A stretch of DNA of 42,035 bases from Proteromonas lacertae (lineage: Eukaryota): contig NGBS01001217.1 of assembly GCA_002245135.1 (NCBI GenBank), positions 1-42,035 on the forward strand, written 5' to 3'. Under the pieces are notes generated by a model that was given only the letters and a program-made list of their open reading frames with translations, ran no database searches and was not told where the DNA came from. Positions 11,865 to 26,144 of this stretch are shown piece by piece. The position numbers were made by a program, and so were the translations under genes. How positions within the stretch are numbered: the stretch's first letter is position 1; every line of letters starts with the position of its first letter.

Positions 11865-14800
11865 CTATTTATGTTTTATGGATTTTTCTGGACTTTTGTA
11901 ATTTACTTCTTTTAACTCTTTTAATTTATTCTTCTTTATTCGAATTGGTTTGGGGACGGAATCATCTTCTTGATTATTTAAATAACTTTTCAAATTTAAT
12001 AATTCATTCAATAGACTTTTATTTCGTTTATTTAATTCTTTTATTATTTTTTCATCTTGTTCATGTTTTTCTTCTAACTCTTTTCCTATAAGCTGATAGT
12101 AATAATTCTCTTTTTGAATCATTTTTAATTGTTTTTGACTTTCACTACTAACAGATGATTTACTCGTATTTAATAGACTTTCTTCTAATTCTTTTTCTTT
12201 CTTCTTCAATTTTTGTTGATATTCATATTTTGCACTTTCTAATAGTATTTGAAGATTTTTATTTTCATTTTGTAATACTTTCAATTCATATTCATAAATA
12301 TCTTCTTTGTGTTGATGTTTTTGTATTTCAACATTACTATTTATTAATCTCATTGTTGAATATTCTATTATTTGTTTCTTTATTTCATTGTTCATTGTAT
12401 TGTAAGAATCCATCAACACTTTTATATTCTTTTTGTTTGTTTCAATCTATTATTATTATTATTATTATTATTATCATATTATAAATTATACTAATCCATT
12501 ATAGATTTTATTAAATTCATTTTCTTTATCTTTTATTATATTCTTCAAACATTCGATATTATTATCAACATCAAGTAGTTCGATTTGTTCTTCATTTGTT
12601 AAAACTGATTGCTTGACTAATTTATTCTTTTCATTTAAATTTTCATTCAATAATTCTTCAAGCTTTTCTACAGCATAAACATTTTGATGATAACTATCTT
12701 TCTATTCATTTTTAGACAATATATATATATATATATATATACTGATGTTTTATTGTTATTGATTTCTTCTTTTATTTTGTTTATTCTTTCATTAAATTTT
12801 TGAATATTTTCGGATTGTTCTAAACTTCGTCGCATTATTTTTATATCAATTGAATTACATTAAGGAAGTAGAACATATGTAATAATAACAATAAACAAAA
12901 AAAATGATATTTAATCCTTTGTCTTTTTCATATTCTAATAGTTGTTCTTTCAATGAATTAATCTTTTTCTTATTTTCATTCATTTTTTGAATTTGCTATT
13001 TATATTTCATTACATAATAATTATATATTATACATAACCTTCTTTTATACATTCACTCAAAGCTCCATTAAACCATAATTTTATTTCATTTATTTTACTT
13101 TTACTCTTTGAATTTACAGATATTGGTTCAGTTTCTCGAATTGTCTTTTGCTTCTCTTTTAATCGATCAACTTCTTCTTCAATTATTTGGATTTTACTAG
13201 AAGTATTTAATGACTAGAAAGTAATAATAATATAATCAATAAAAATATACAATTTGAGATTGAGTTTCAATACATTTCGCTGATTCTAATTCTCTCAATT
13301 TATTATCTAATTCACTTTCATAATAATGTTTCAAATCTTCCAGTTGATTGTCTTTCTCTTCTAAACTGTTTTTATTATCTTCTAATTGACTGTTTATCTC
13401 ACTTAATAATGATTTATATTTCTCAATATCGCATTGTAAACTACTTATTCGATTTTTATATCTCTCTAATTCTTCACTAGAATTCTTATTCTTTGTAGTT
13501 AAGTCGATTATAATCTTTTCTTTTTCTCGAATTCGTTGGTTCAAATCAGCTAACGCTTCTTCAGCTTCTTTAGATAAATGACTATTTCGAGGAGTTGTTA
13601 AATCTTGGATATCACCACAAAATACTACATCATCATTATCATCATCATTAAATATTGTCATTCCTGTTGATGGTCTTGTTGAAGAAGATCTTGAAGATGA
13701 AGAACTTTTCATTTCTCTTCTTTTCAATTCATCCTCATATTCATATATCTGATCTTTTAATTTTGCGATCTCAGCTGCTTTATCTGCAAATATAAATTCA
13801 TCTCGTCTTAAATTATCTACAACTTCTTTATATTTAATTTGTAATTCATTATTCTTCTTTGATAGAAATTCAATTTTTTCATTTAATAATAACACATTCT
13901 CATTCGTATTAACACTCTCATTATTATTTATTTTCATTTCACTGTTTATTGATTTATTCAATGGAACTAATGGAGAATGTTTCATTTGAGATTTTAATGA
14001 TGTTATAGTTGTTGATGGTTGTGATTGATATGGTGTTGTATTTGGTCTACGTCGATTATTATCATGAGTAGGAGATTGAATGGGAGATACTTTACCACTA
14101 TCATATTTATATTCATTAATTGGAGCAGTCTGCGGTCGATTCTGAAATGGTAATAGATATTCATTTATATAATTATAAATTGAACTTATTTTATTTTCAT
14201 CATTCTTTGATAAAGTTGAAGTAATTAATAACGATTGGAGTTGGATTTTCAATTCATTTAAATGTTGGAATAATAAACTGTTATTGTTAATAAATTGATC
14301 TAATTCTTCTTCTAATTTAACATTTCGTTGTTTTAATTTTTCCATCTCTTTATTATCTATTTCCGAATTCAGCAAATTAATTTCATTATTCAATTGTTTT
14401 AATAATAACATATTATCATTTTTATTGATCTTTGGTTTATTCTTTATAAATCGAGTATTGGTTGCATATCTTAAGGTTGTCAATGATTCATCTAAATAGA
14501 TATCCGCTGGACTTAAACAAGATATCATCAGCGTATTACTATTTCCACCTAATGAATCTTCTAATAATCGAGTTAATTTAGATTCTCGATAAGGAATATG
14601 ATCTATTGAACTTCCTTGACTGATTTTACTTAAACATAAAATCACTTTTCCTAATGTTAATAACCCTTGATTTATTGCAACAGATTCTACAAATCGATCA
14701 CTTTTCGTTTTAATTTGTTTTGTCTTTTCTGATCCAGCTAAATCAACTAAATGTAATTTTGATAAACTCACTGTTCCATCACAATGTATCACTGATAAAT

Positions 14801-15542
14801 AGATTGTAAAGATCGCATGAGATCGACTACTCTTTTCATTCACATTATTCGCTCCTGTTACTCGATGGATTGCACCTAATTCTAATAAATTATATATTGA
14901 AGATTCACTGTCGATTATTTCTTCTTCTATTCCATTTAATACACTCTCTCCTTTTTCATTCTTTTGAATATGGATCTTGAAAGAGGGAATCTCTGGATGT
15001 AGCAAATCATTGATCTTTTCATTATAGATTTCGATATATGAACAACTCAATTTAACAGAATTATATTCACTGTTTTTCATACTTCGAAAAATGTGTGAGA
15101 TAGTTCTAGGAATAATACCAGCTTCATCAGCTTCACTTGTACTACCACTACCCATTGTAAATGTCTTACCAGAACCTGTTTGACCATATGCAAATACCTA
15201 ATTATAGTAAAATGATATATATAATATGATACTGTTGCATTATAACCTTCAAAACATCCTTCTACCATTTCATGGACACATTTTTGATATATTTCACTCT
15301 ATATATTACATAAAATAATGAATACTTGAGTAGATTCTGGACCAAAAGCATAATCAAAAGGAAATACCTTAATTTCTTTCCCTTTACCAACAACAATCTA
15401 AGTCATTATATCATTAGTTTAATACTTCCGATGAAGCTGTTTTAGCTCCAATTACAATACTACAGTCTTTCATTTTTTCTTGAGGTAATAGAGGTCTTAC
15501 TCTAGCACAAACTCTTACATTTGATTTACCTTTTTCATTCAT
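11865..15542 (-). CDS. Kinesin, kinesin-4-like (N-terminal motor, long coiled coil), multi-exon
   Basis: [32 protein letters not shown] (across an intron), SSRSHAIFTI, LVDLAGSE, HIPYRESKLTRLLEDSLGGN. Joining of the 3' coiled-coil exons down to 11865 is inferred. Confidence 0.88.
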
Positions 15543-15603
15543 TTATATTTTTATTTTTCAAATGAAAATTATAGTCGTTTCTGTATTTTCGTGTTTGATT
15601 TAG

Positions 15604-17945
15604 ATGGTTTATGTAAATCAAAATTTGTCAAAAGAAGGGTAAATGATAATTTTATTCATGTATTAGTGTAATGAACCAGTTAATAGACGAAGGATATGCT
15701 GATGTGACATTTTCAGTTAATGGCAATGCTATTCCTGCGATAAAGTCTTTTATTTGTTCAAGAAACAAAGCATTAAACAGGTTGATCGAAAATTCTACTA
15801 ATTCTACTCAAATAGTAATAGATTCAAGTGTTTCAGTTGATGCATTTCGAAGTTTACTTAGGTATTATGGATATGGTAGAGTCTACATTCATTCAAGTAA
15901 TGTATTCGATTTATTACTTGTGTGCTATACGTTTCAAGAATTGTTACTTAGATTGATATGTGAAAAGTAGATATATGATATTAACATTTAGATATATTAA
16001 AAATCATATGAACTTTGATGTGATATTGAAATTATTCAATCTTATGAATGATATTGATATAAATCAAATGAAAGTAATAAAATCATCATTTGATGAATAT
16101 ATAAAGATGAATATTTATAGATTGTTAGAATCAAGTATAATATTCTGATATTAATATGTTTCATAAATAGATTTCTTATATTCATTATCATTTGAATCAT
16201 TAGATTACATTTGTCATCTTCAAAATATTGTTATACCATCTGAAACTTATCTTTTGAATAGATTATTCGATTATTATCATTATTCAATAATCAATAATCA
16301 AAATGAAATCATACCTTGTTTTACAGATTGTAAAGAAAAGAATAAAAAATTTGAATTACTGCTATTAACAATAAATATAGAGAATTTAAAATGGGAGGAA
16401 TTATCACCAACTGCATTTCATTATATTTGGAATTTTGATGAGATTTTGTGGGGAAGAAAAGAATATAACTATGCAAGGATTTATTGTGAACTTCCATTTA
16501 ACGGAAATGATAGATTTACACCAATTATAATCAAATATTATACAATGAAACACCTTCCATTGTCAATTGAACAAAGTGATATTGAATCAGTTAAAGATAG
16601 TGATTTTATTTCACATGTTAAACTGCTATTATACTCCAATGATATAAAAATAAATGAAATAGCTATTCTTTTAATGATTGATTCTAAAATTGAATATGAG
16701 TGTATGAATATATAAACTAATTCTATAATTTAAATAGTTACAAAAGATGAAATACTTCAAATATTCAAAAGATTGGTATATAAATGTAGAGATATTGAAG
16801 AAGAAAATGAGTTGAAAGTAATAGTAAAATGTATAACACTATTCTTAAAGAATGGTATATATTATATTATCCTTATGTTGTATAGAAATCTTGCTTTTGT
16901 CATTTTCATACTTTTGTGGAGTTAAATCAATTTACTACACTCTTTTATATTACAATAAACTATCAGTAGATCAACAACATCTAATTCTTTCTTATCTACA
17001 TAAAATCCATTTAAGTGATAAAGAATATCAAAATCTTTTAGATATTATACATTCAAAACAAATAATTGATATGATTAAATGTAAGAGAAATATTATAAAT
17101 TCTCTTAATGTTTATTTCTAGCTAATCCAATTACATTTATTCATTATTCAAGATATTATTATTTTGTGACTCCTTTAGAAGAGTTTAGAATAAAACCACA
17201 ATTTGATGGAAATAATTGTTCATTTTCAATATCACCAAGTATTTCTTTGTTGTAGTAATGTTTTTTTATAGATTTACCAGATGGTTTTTATTTCAATAGA
17301 AATACTGCAGAAATAAAAGGAAAATGTGAGTATAGATATAAAACTCAAAAGTATACAATAACAGGTAGTAATTATTACTCAACTACTACTACTACAATAT
17401 CACTTTCATATAACAGTATATAAATAATACACTAATTATTGAAATAGATTATAAATTCATGGATATAAATAAACTAGAGTCAGTCAATCTCAATAACAAA
17501 GAATGGAAAGTTAATAACTCAAACATACAAACCTTATAGGTGGAATTACTGTTATATAAACATAAAAATGGAGGATGGAATATATTATCTTACATTTAAA
17601 TCACATACAAATAGATCTATAATGATTGGTGCAACTCAATTGAAAGATTTTAATGGAGAACATTTGTTCTATCAAAAAGAATCTTGTAGTTTGTATTTTT
17701 ATGAGAATGGTTCAAATGCTTATGGTAATAATGGTAAGATTATTAGTGAACCATATTGGTCCAATAATAAAGATAAGATATTTGTTCTGAAATATGATTT
17801 TAAAGAGAAAACAATCTCAATTAAAGATGATTTGATGGATAATTATCTTGTTGTGTTTTCATCATTCAAAGGACCTTTATATCCGTTTGTAGAATTGAAT
17901 TATTATGAAGATTCTGTAGAATTACTGTTAATTAACAAGAAATAA
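15604..17945 (+). CDS. BTB/POZ-BACK protein with putative Ig-like (He_PIG-type) and SPRY/B30.2-like domains, multi-exon
   Basis: ADVTFSVNGNAIPAIKSFICSRN...AFRSLLRYY (BTB). FSISP..LPDGFYFNRNTAEIKG...YTITGSN (Ig-like). GIYYLTF..IMIGAT...GPLYPFVEL (SPRY-like). ATG 15604 followed by a 28-nt intron. Confidence 0.7.
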
Positions 17946-18030
17946 AAAAAAATCTTTGTTCAACTTCAACATTTTGTTTGTATTATTTATCCCAAATCCA
18001 ACATATAGAAAATACAATTAATGAAATAAA

Positions 18031-18716
18031 CTAAGAGTGAGGTATATTTCTGTTAATAAACTTAGTTGAATTATGTGGTTTATAATCAATATATATATCA
18101 TTTGGTATATTTAAAATACGTCTAAATGCTTCTCTAAAGAAAATTATATAAAATTGTTTAAAATATATACCTAAGTTTTTGAATTGCTCCATAATTTGCT
18201 GAGCTTTTGTTCCATATTGATAATACATTATCATGCAAACGTACGGATAATTGAACGCCGCACAACTCATAACCTAGATCAAATCTTTCACCTATTACGC
18301 CAAGAAGCTATTTAAAAATAAATATTAAAGAATTATACAAGTTCTTCCCATAAATATGATGTTCTACCTTTAGGAATTCTAAGTACTAATCTTCCACCAC
18401 CTTCATTTGCAGGATCTTCCCAAGCTGGTCGTATTCCACTCTAATAAAATTAAAAAATGCATAAATACTTTGAATAAAAACACATCAGATATTGGTAACT
18501 CTTCAGATCTTTTAATATGAGAATAAATCATCCAGAATTCTTCTAGAGTTTTAAAATCTCCTAGTGATGTTAAAGAATATTCAAACTAAAGAACATTACA
18601 AATAATAATCTTACATTTTCAGCAGTATTTTTCGAAATATACCAGAACTCATAGCGGTTCTGTATAAAGTGTCCATTAGCTGCAAGATCACGACTTAATA
18701 TCTCTGGCTTATCCAT
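18031..18716 (-). CDS. eIF4E: eIF4E-family cap-binding protein, class II (4EHP/nCBP)-like substitutions
   Basis: Spliced product: HFIQNRYEFWY...ENFEYSL...EEFWMIYSHI...FLFKSGIRPAWEDPANEGGGR...WEELLLGVIGE...LSIWN...YKPH. Confidence 0.9.
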
Positions 18717-19063
18717 ATTATATTTTTAACAAAAAGTAAAAGAAAAAATGATAAAAAAAATAAAATGCAAATTATGTCAAACAAGTTTGAATAAGTACTT
18801 TTGTGTGTATTTCAAAGCATATTGAAAGTTGAGTTTTATAATTTTGTGCTTTTGCTTATTCTAGGAACTATATTTTATTGTTTTACTTTTTTTTGAATTA
18901 TTAGTGTAAATGAAGTAATAGTAAAAAAGCAGAGATTCATAAAGTATGTAATAAAATTAATTCACATACACGTTTCTTTTTGTGATTATTTACATTCAAT
19001 TCCAAAAAATATTCTAGAAAGCTTGAAGGTTTGACTCTTGCTTTTCAATTAAATATCTCATAA

Positions 19064-21499
19064 ATGAGTTATTTCTTCAACTTTTTAAGCAAGAGAAACT
19101 CTAAAGATGAGGATAATGAACCAATTCCAGAAAAGAGACCAGAGGAAAGTAAAGAAGAAGTATTTTTGTTGATTTTTCACTGTTATTTATAGATTCTAAG
19201 AAAAAGGTTAGCAAAATATGAAAATGTACCAACTGTAACAACATCAAATCCTAGTGATACTCCAGTTTCTTCGCTTTCTTCACCAACAAGAATAGTTGTT
19301 CAACCTAGCCCTGCTCAACAAGAGTCCCCTCCTGCATCATTCATGAATTCAACTGTATCATCTCAAAATACTCCAAGTCCTAATATTAACGAAAATATGA
19401 AGACTCCAGTTGGTTCACCAATGAAAGCACCAGCTATATCTCCATTGAAAGCAGAATTAAATCCCTTATTTATTCATTATCGTTTAACTCAAGATATATT
19501 TACATTACCCAATAAACTATCAGTATGATATCGATTTAAAATTATTATACAATAGAATGAAACGTATATAATAGAATGGATGAAAGAAAAACAATATAGT
19601 GAGTATTTAGTAACATTTGAAAATGTAATTTCTTTGGTGAATAAAAGACTAACAAATTTCGATTTAAGCTGTTCACAGATGGATTATCTATCAGAATGTT
19701 ATGAACGATTAAATCGAGAGACTGAGAGAAAATACACAGATTTAAAATCTGATATTGTTGATCAAGTGTATGGTATTATATTAATGCCAGAGAATTATGG
19801 TTTGAGAAAGTATATATATAATATAATATAATTATTATTTATGTATATAGAGATCAACTGATGGGAATGATATATCGTCTTATTATGAATAGTAGGAATA
19901 GTGAATTTTGTGAACAGATCTTAATCTCACTCTCTGATAATGATGAAAAGTCATTATTAATGGCAATATTTATGTTAAGTTTTTTAAAATCTCAAAAAAA
20001 CGTAAATAATTATACACTATTAAAGGATCAACTTAATGAAATTCTATTACTGTTATCTTTCAAACCAATTGCATCTACAGTAATAGAAAGTAGTCATTTT
20101 ATTGAAGAATATAGAATCGGTAATGAATTTCAATCAAAACATATTTTTGGAGCTATTTTTAGTATTACTCCTTTAAGATCTACTGATGTTCATTATTTTG
20201 AGAAATTGTATAGTAATAAACAAACAATGAGGGATGTTATGTTACAGAAGAAAACTATTGATCTTGAATTGAATTATTGCGCAGTATATATATATATATA
20301 TAATTTTTATTTTTATTTTTATTTTTATTTTTATTTAGTCAAAAATATGTAATATTCTCAAAAGTCTTTATAAAGTTCCTGACAAGAATCAAAGAGCTAA
20401 AGTCACTACCTATTTATCTAAATTAATATACCTCAATAGAGAAAGAGCTAAAGAAAGACCAAATCCATTATTATCAATAAGTAATGAAATGTCTGTCAAT
20501 ATAGCTAATGCAATGTTAATATTATGTGAAAAACTATGTGATACAAATAACACTAAAATTACTAATAATATTAACTTAGAATATATTTATTATAATTTAG
20601 ATTTATTTGTTAAAGATGATGATCGATTAGGAAGATCTCCATTACCTGATAACATAGTGGAAAAAGACTTTACACTAGCCACCAAATATTTCTTCATTAC
20701 CTCCAAATGTTTACACTATTTTATACTTCCACTGATGACAGAACATCGATCTTTATTAAGATCATTTAATTATTATGAACATATGCCAGATAGTCCAATG
20801 AAAGCACCACAATTAGATTTAATCCTACAAAAAGCTATGGCAATTGAAGCTACAATTTATAGAGATGATTTAATTACGTTGATTATCCAATTTTTGAATT
20901 TAGAAGCGTTTAAAATGTTAGAATTATTAGGTGTAAAAGAACCTGAATTGCCATTAAATAGTGTTCCAGTTTTGTTTGAGAATTTACCTCAGATGATGGT
21001 TGAAGATATGTTGGATCTATTGAATTTTATAGCTGCGTATATATAAATATATATTCTACTTTCTTTTACACTTTTTTCTTTTCACCATTTTTGCTTATAT
21101 TTTATTAGACATAATGGTAATGTATTAGATTCCTGTGATATACGAAGTATCTTAGAGTTAATTACCATCTTAATTGCTTCACCATCTATCATCTCCAACT
21201 GTCATATTCGAGCTAAGTTTGGTGATGTATTATTCAGTTGTTTTACACCTCAAAATGTTCCTGAAGGTTACATCGATACTTCACCTAAAACTACATCTAC
21301 AATGTTAAGTTGTAATCCTTACTGTCAAAAGTATATTCTACCAGCATTATTAGAATTATATGGTGATGTAGAACATACTGGTTTTTATGATAAAGTAGAA
21401 CATCGATATAAGATCGCATTAATTGTAAAGTTTATATGGAATAATGAAAAACATAGAGATTCATTTAGAAAGATTGGTGAAGATCATGTATATTAATTC

Positions 21500-21541
<42 letters not shown>

Positions 21542-22387
21542 GATTCATTTGTTCGATTTGCCAATGGTTTAATGAACCATACAAACCATCTCATCACTGA
21601 TTCATTGCAGAAGATAATGGAAATGAAAGAAATCGAAGATTTAAAATCAAATCAAATGGAATGGAATAAACTATCTAGTCAAGAAAGACAAGAGAAAGAT
21701 GATTTATATAATAATCACAAAGAATCTGTATCAAGTTCACTTCAATTAGCCAATGAAACAATCGAAATGATGAATTATCTATCCAATGAAATTAGAGAAC
21801 CATTTTTATATCCAGAATTAAAGAATGGAATTGCTAATACATTATTATCCATATTATCTGATTTAGTTGGTCCACATGGAGTTGATTTGAAAGTCTCCAA
21901 TATGGAAGAGATTAATTTCAAACCTGTTTTTATGTTAGAACAAGTTGTTTCTACATTATACCACTTTATTGATTATAATGAGTTTTGTGAATCAATTGCT
22001 GAAAGTGCTTACTTTAATGATGATTTGTTCCCACATACAATCAAAATATTAATAAGAAGAAATGCTATGGATGAAGAGGGAATTAGCAGATTCCAAAATC
22101 TATATGAAAGAGTGAAAATGTTGAAAGAAAAGAATGCTGAAGAAGAACAAGAGTTAGGTGATATTCCTGATGAATTCCTTGATCCTATTTATTGTACTTT
22201 GATGAATGATCCTGTGAAATTACCTTCTGGAACGATAATGGATAGACAAGTTATATTACAGCATTTATTGAATGAACCTAATGATCCATTCACTAGACAA
22301 CCTTTAACTGCTGATATGCTAGTTCCTTTACCTGAGTTGAAACAGAAGATTGAAGATTGGGTAAGATCTAGAACAAATAAAGATTAA
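19064..22387 (+). CDS. UFD2: Ubiquitin conjugation factor E4 (Ufd2/UBE4), U-box protein, multi-exon
   Basis: Ufd2 core ([30 protein letters not shown]) and C-terminal U-box [22 protein letters not shown]...DPFTRQPL. Confidence 0.93.
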
Positions 22388-22536
22388 ATAGATGAATGTT
22401 ATTATATATATTATTTGAAATGTATTATTATTTTGTTTCAATAAGGTTGGTTTATTTATCATTTTAAAATGTTCGGAATAACGACTATATTGTCAAGCAA
22501 AAGCTTGCATTATTCTTCAGTTTTATTTTTCGTTTT

Positions 22537-25500
22537 ATGAATCCAACAAACAAATCATTTTTTAAATATGCAATTTTATCTCTCTGCTTACACTTATGTT
22601 ATGCAGAACTTATAAAAGTCGAGTATTCTATATATGATTCTATTTTTTTAGTGGTTCATATTCATGCAATGAAAACACAATGGCATCTGGCTTTTCATCT
22701 TATACACAAATATTCAAATTAAATTTAGAGAAAATTTTAGCTTCGTTGAAATCCACAGCAAAGACAATATCTACTATTCAAACAGATAAAACATTTTTTA
22801 AAGATACTGATTTTGCTCATTGTGAGGATGGTCTTTTCGTGTTAGATGAATCAATTTCAGATAATACACATATATCATTTTTTGATAAGACAAATCCATC
22901 AACAGTGGTTGTTAATGCTGATTTAAATAAATATATAAAGGAATTAAGTATTTATACAGCATTGTATGCATTTAATTCATATTATTTTATTATATAGTCT
23001 ACCTCAAATCATTTATAATATCCCATCAGCATTTAATGCATTTATAAACTTAGGAAATCTTACATTTCTCTCTGCAAAATATCCATACAGTTCTCATTTA
23101 GGAAATTGTGGTGCAGATTTATCAGACCAATCACAATACCAGTGGTTAATCAAATCTTATGAAGTAGCCGAAGAGCAGGAAGATCCAGAGCCTTATTTCA
23201 TCGAACCAAAAGTAGATTTAGAATATTCCGGAGATTCAGAAATATTAACAGGTTGCTCAGTAATAAAGAGAGAGAGTGAAAGATTAGGTGTTTTATGTGT
23301 AAATGTAATAATGAATACGTATGCAGAGTCATTAATTAATAATCCTCCAACTCCACATGGATTTTATGTATTAATTAGTCCAACTGGTAAAATAGAAGCA
23401 GCTTCAGAAATGGCATTGGAATTGCTATTTAAAGGGAATGGAAAGCTAGGAATGAATATATCGGAAGGTTATGATGTTTTTAAAGAGATTTACAGTGAAG
23501 GAATTATCAAACAAGCATCAAGTTCATCAGATGTAATATTAAATTGTATATAAATATTTTCTTTTATTTATATTTTTAGTGTATGTTGATAATAATGGAT
23601 ATCGTATATATATAGGTAATAAAACCAACGATGTATTCTATTTAATTGCAATTATTCCAATAATTGATTTAACCAAAGCGGCTATATGGGAAACTGACAA
23701 AAATAAGATAGTATTAAGATATATGTCCAATGAAACAGATGTAGTTGATTATTTCACCATTAAGAATACAGGTTTTTATACTATTAATTATGTTATAAAT
23801 AATAATGAATATTACGATTTTGATAAACCTATAGGTAGTATAGAATCTCTACAATCTGTAAAAGTTCGAATAAAAGCTTGTGTAAAAGAAGATTGCCAAT
23901 TACCACCGATAATAATAACAAATGTGAATAAAATGTTTGAAGTTTGTTATAAAACAATAGAATTAATAGTTGAAAAACAAATGACAGATTGTACATATCA
24001 AGATTATGTAGTAAGAAAAGGAGAATTGGATGGTTATTATCATACAATATACTTTGATAGAAAAGAAAATAATACATGTAAAGGAGGAATTGAATATATA
24101 CCAAATGAAAGAATACCATCAAGTATTTTATATATTATTATTATTATTAATGATTATAGATAATGCTAGTGGATCTGCATTAGAAATTGTATTTATTATT
24201 CTTCATGTTTTAACTTGTGTGATGGTAATTGTCAGTTATATAATAATGTCATTAAGATTAACGAAATTGAATGTCGTAATGAGAACAGAAACATCTTTTA
24301 TAATCTGTTATTCGATTGGTTATTTAATGGAAGCAGTTAATACTATTTTATTACTATCAAGTAAATCATGTTTTAAAATGATAATTGGATATGTTGGATC
24401 AACAGTGATGTTATGGTATATATATATATGTTTATTATTATTTAATAATAGTGGAATGTTATGTATGACTACATTTGTAATAACTCAAGAAATTAAAAAG
24501 CATATGGTATTTGATCATGAAGTCTTTTTTGTATTGAAGCGTCTAATTCCAATGATTATAGTGGAAATAATTGCAATTGCCTTAACATCAAGTGGTAGAG
24601 AAGATTCTGATCATACTTATAAATTTCATGAATTTTTAGATATAACAATAACAACATGTGGAAGAGAAGACTGGAAGTTTTTAATAGCTAATATAGCTCC
24701 AGTTTTAGTTGGTTTATTAGTATTTCTTGATTGTGTGACTTTATTTCGAGCAAAAATCGATGTTCAGTCAATGATCTTAACAATTGGAATATTTATTATG
24801 GATTTTTATTATTTATTATATGTTATATTCAATACTACAACTCTTATAACAACTTCTAGTTATATAGGTACTGCTTCAGTTCAATTAGTATATTCAATAT
24901 TGTTTTGTATAACCTATTTCATGATATTTGATTTTCATGTTCATAAAAAGAACAGTGTTAATCCTTATCAAAAGACTGCAGCTATTTATACATCAATATT
25001 ATCAGATCCAATCACTCGAACATGTTTGTTTTACCATATGTGTGATTTACATCAACAAGAAAGTCTATTCTTTTGGGAAGATGTAAATCGATTAAAGAAA
25101 ATGTGTGCCAATGCTACAAATGAACAAATAGCTGATTATTGTGAAAGAATGGTAGATCGATATATAAAGAATGATGCTTATTATCAAGTAAATATCGATG
25201 CTTCAATGCAACATGAGATAGAAAATGATAGTAAAAATAAACCATCTCCATTTATATTTGATAAAGCATATGATGAAATTACTAGTTTAATCCGTCAAAA
25301 TTGTTGTAGTTCATTTGTATTAAGTAAACATGCAACAACAGCAAAACAATTATTAAAATGGTTTTCAGTATTTGATGAATTATCTGTGGAATTAAAAGAA
25401 GCTGTTCAACAAAAGATTGAATCAATTCGAATAGAGAATAAGAATTATGCTCAAAGTCATACGACTACTGTAAACACAAACACAAATAATACATTAAAGA

Positions 25501-25859
25501 ATCATTTAACTCAACATATACATCATGAGAAAGTTCCATTCAGTGTATTTGCGAAAGATGAAGAAGAAGTAGCTGAAGCTGAAAATAAGATATCTGATAT
25601 GTTAAAATCTGCAACAACTAGAGGTTTAGTAAATAGTAATTCATTTAATTCGTCTGTGCATCATACGAATACTAGTTCAAAACTAATAACTCCAAGTGGT
25701 TCAGTGAGATTAAAGAAAACTACAACAAATACTGACTCTACTTCAGTAGAGAGATTTGATGATAATGATGATGTAAATCATGAAAAGCATAGTATTCAAC
25801 CTAGTATTCAACCAAGTATAAAACCGAGTATTCTTTCTAATATTCAGAAAGTAAATTGA
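22537..25859 (+). CDS. Signal peptide, Cache-like ectodomain, multi-pass (~7TM) region and RGS domain
   Basis: Signal peptide ..LCYA-EL. Cache-like EPYFIEPKVD...GVLCVNV...FYVLISPTGKIEA. About seven hydrophobic segments at 24180-24930. RGS motif ESLFFWEDV...RYIKNDAYYQVNID...IFDKAYDEITSLI..FVLS. Confidence 0.78.
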
Positions 25860-26144
25860 GTGAGTAGAGTGTATTTGAATGTAGTTATTTTTTTTAAGTA
25901 ATGATATAATTTTTATTTTTTATTTTTAATCAATTTTATTCTATGTGATAAATTTGTATTATAAATTTCTTTTACCAATTGAATAATAATATCTACTTAT
26001 AAATTTTGATTTTGTTGTTGGGGTTGATAAAAGATGAACTACAGCTTTGATACATTATTTCAATTATTTCAATTATTCCATTTATTTCTTCTCTATTTAT
26101 TTCTGTCATTCAAAAAAAAATAAAATGAAAAAGCTTGACTTGAT

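Noticed and set aside
9237..12484. Plus-strand ORFs 9237-9425, 10055-10243 and 12155-12484
   Set aside because: Antisense shadows of minus-strand genes. The poly-Ile tract comes from an intronic (TAT)n repeat.
17940..18030. Stop codons created by polyadenylation (Blastocystis-type TGTTTGTT signal)
   Set aside because: TG-rich 3' motifs exist, but every modelled gene already has a genomic stop. It cannot be shown without transcripts.
21504..21535. (TA)n tract (also ~12720-12741)
   Set aside because: Ordinary intronic microsatellites.
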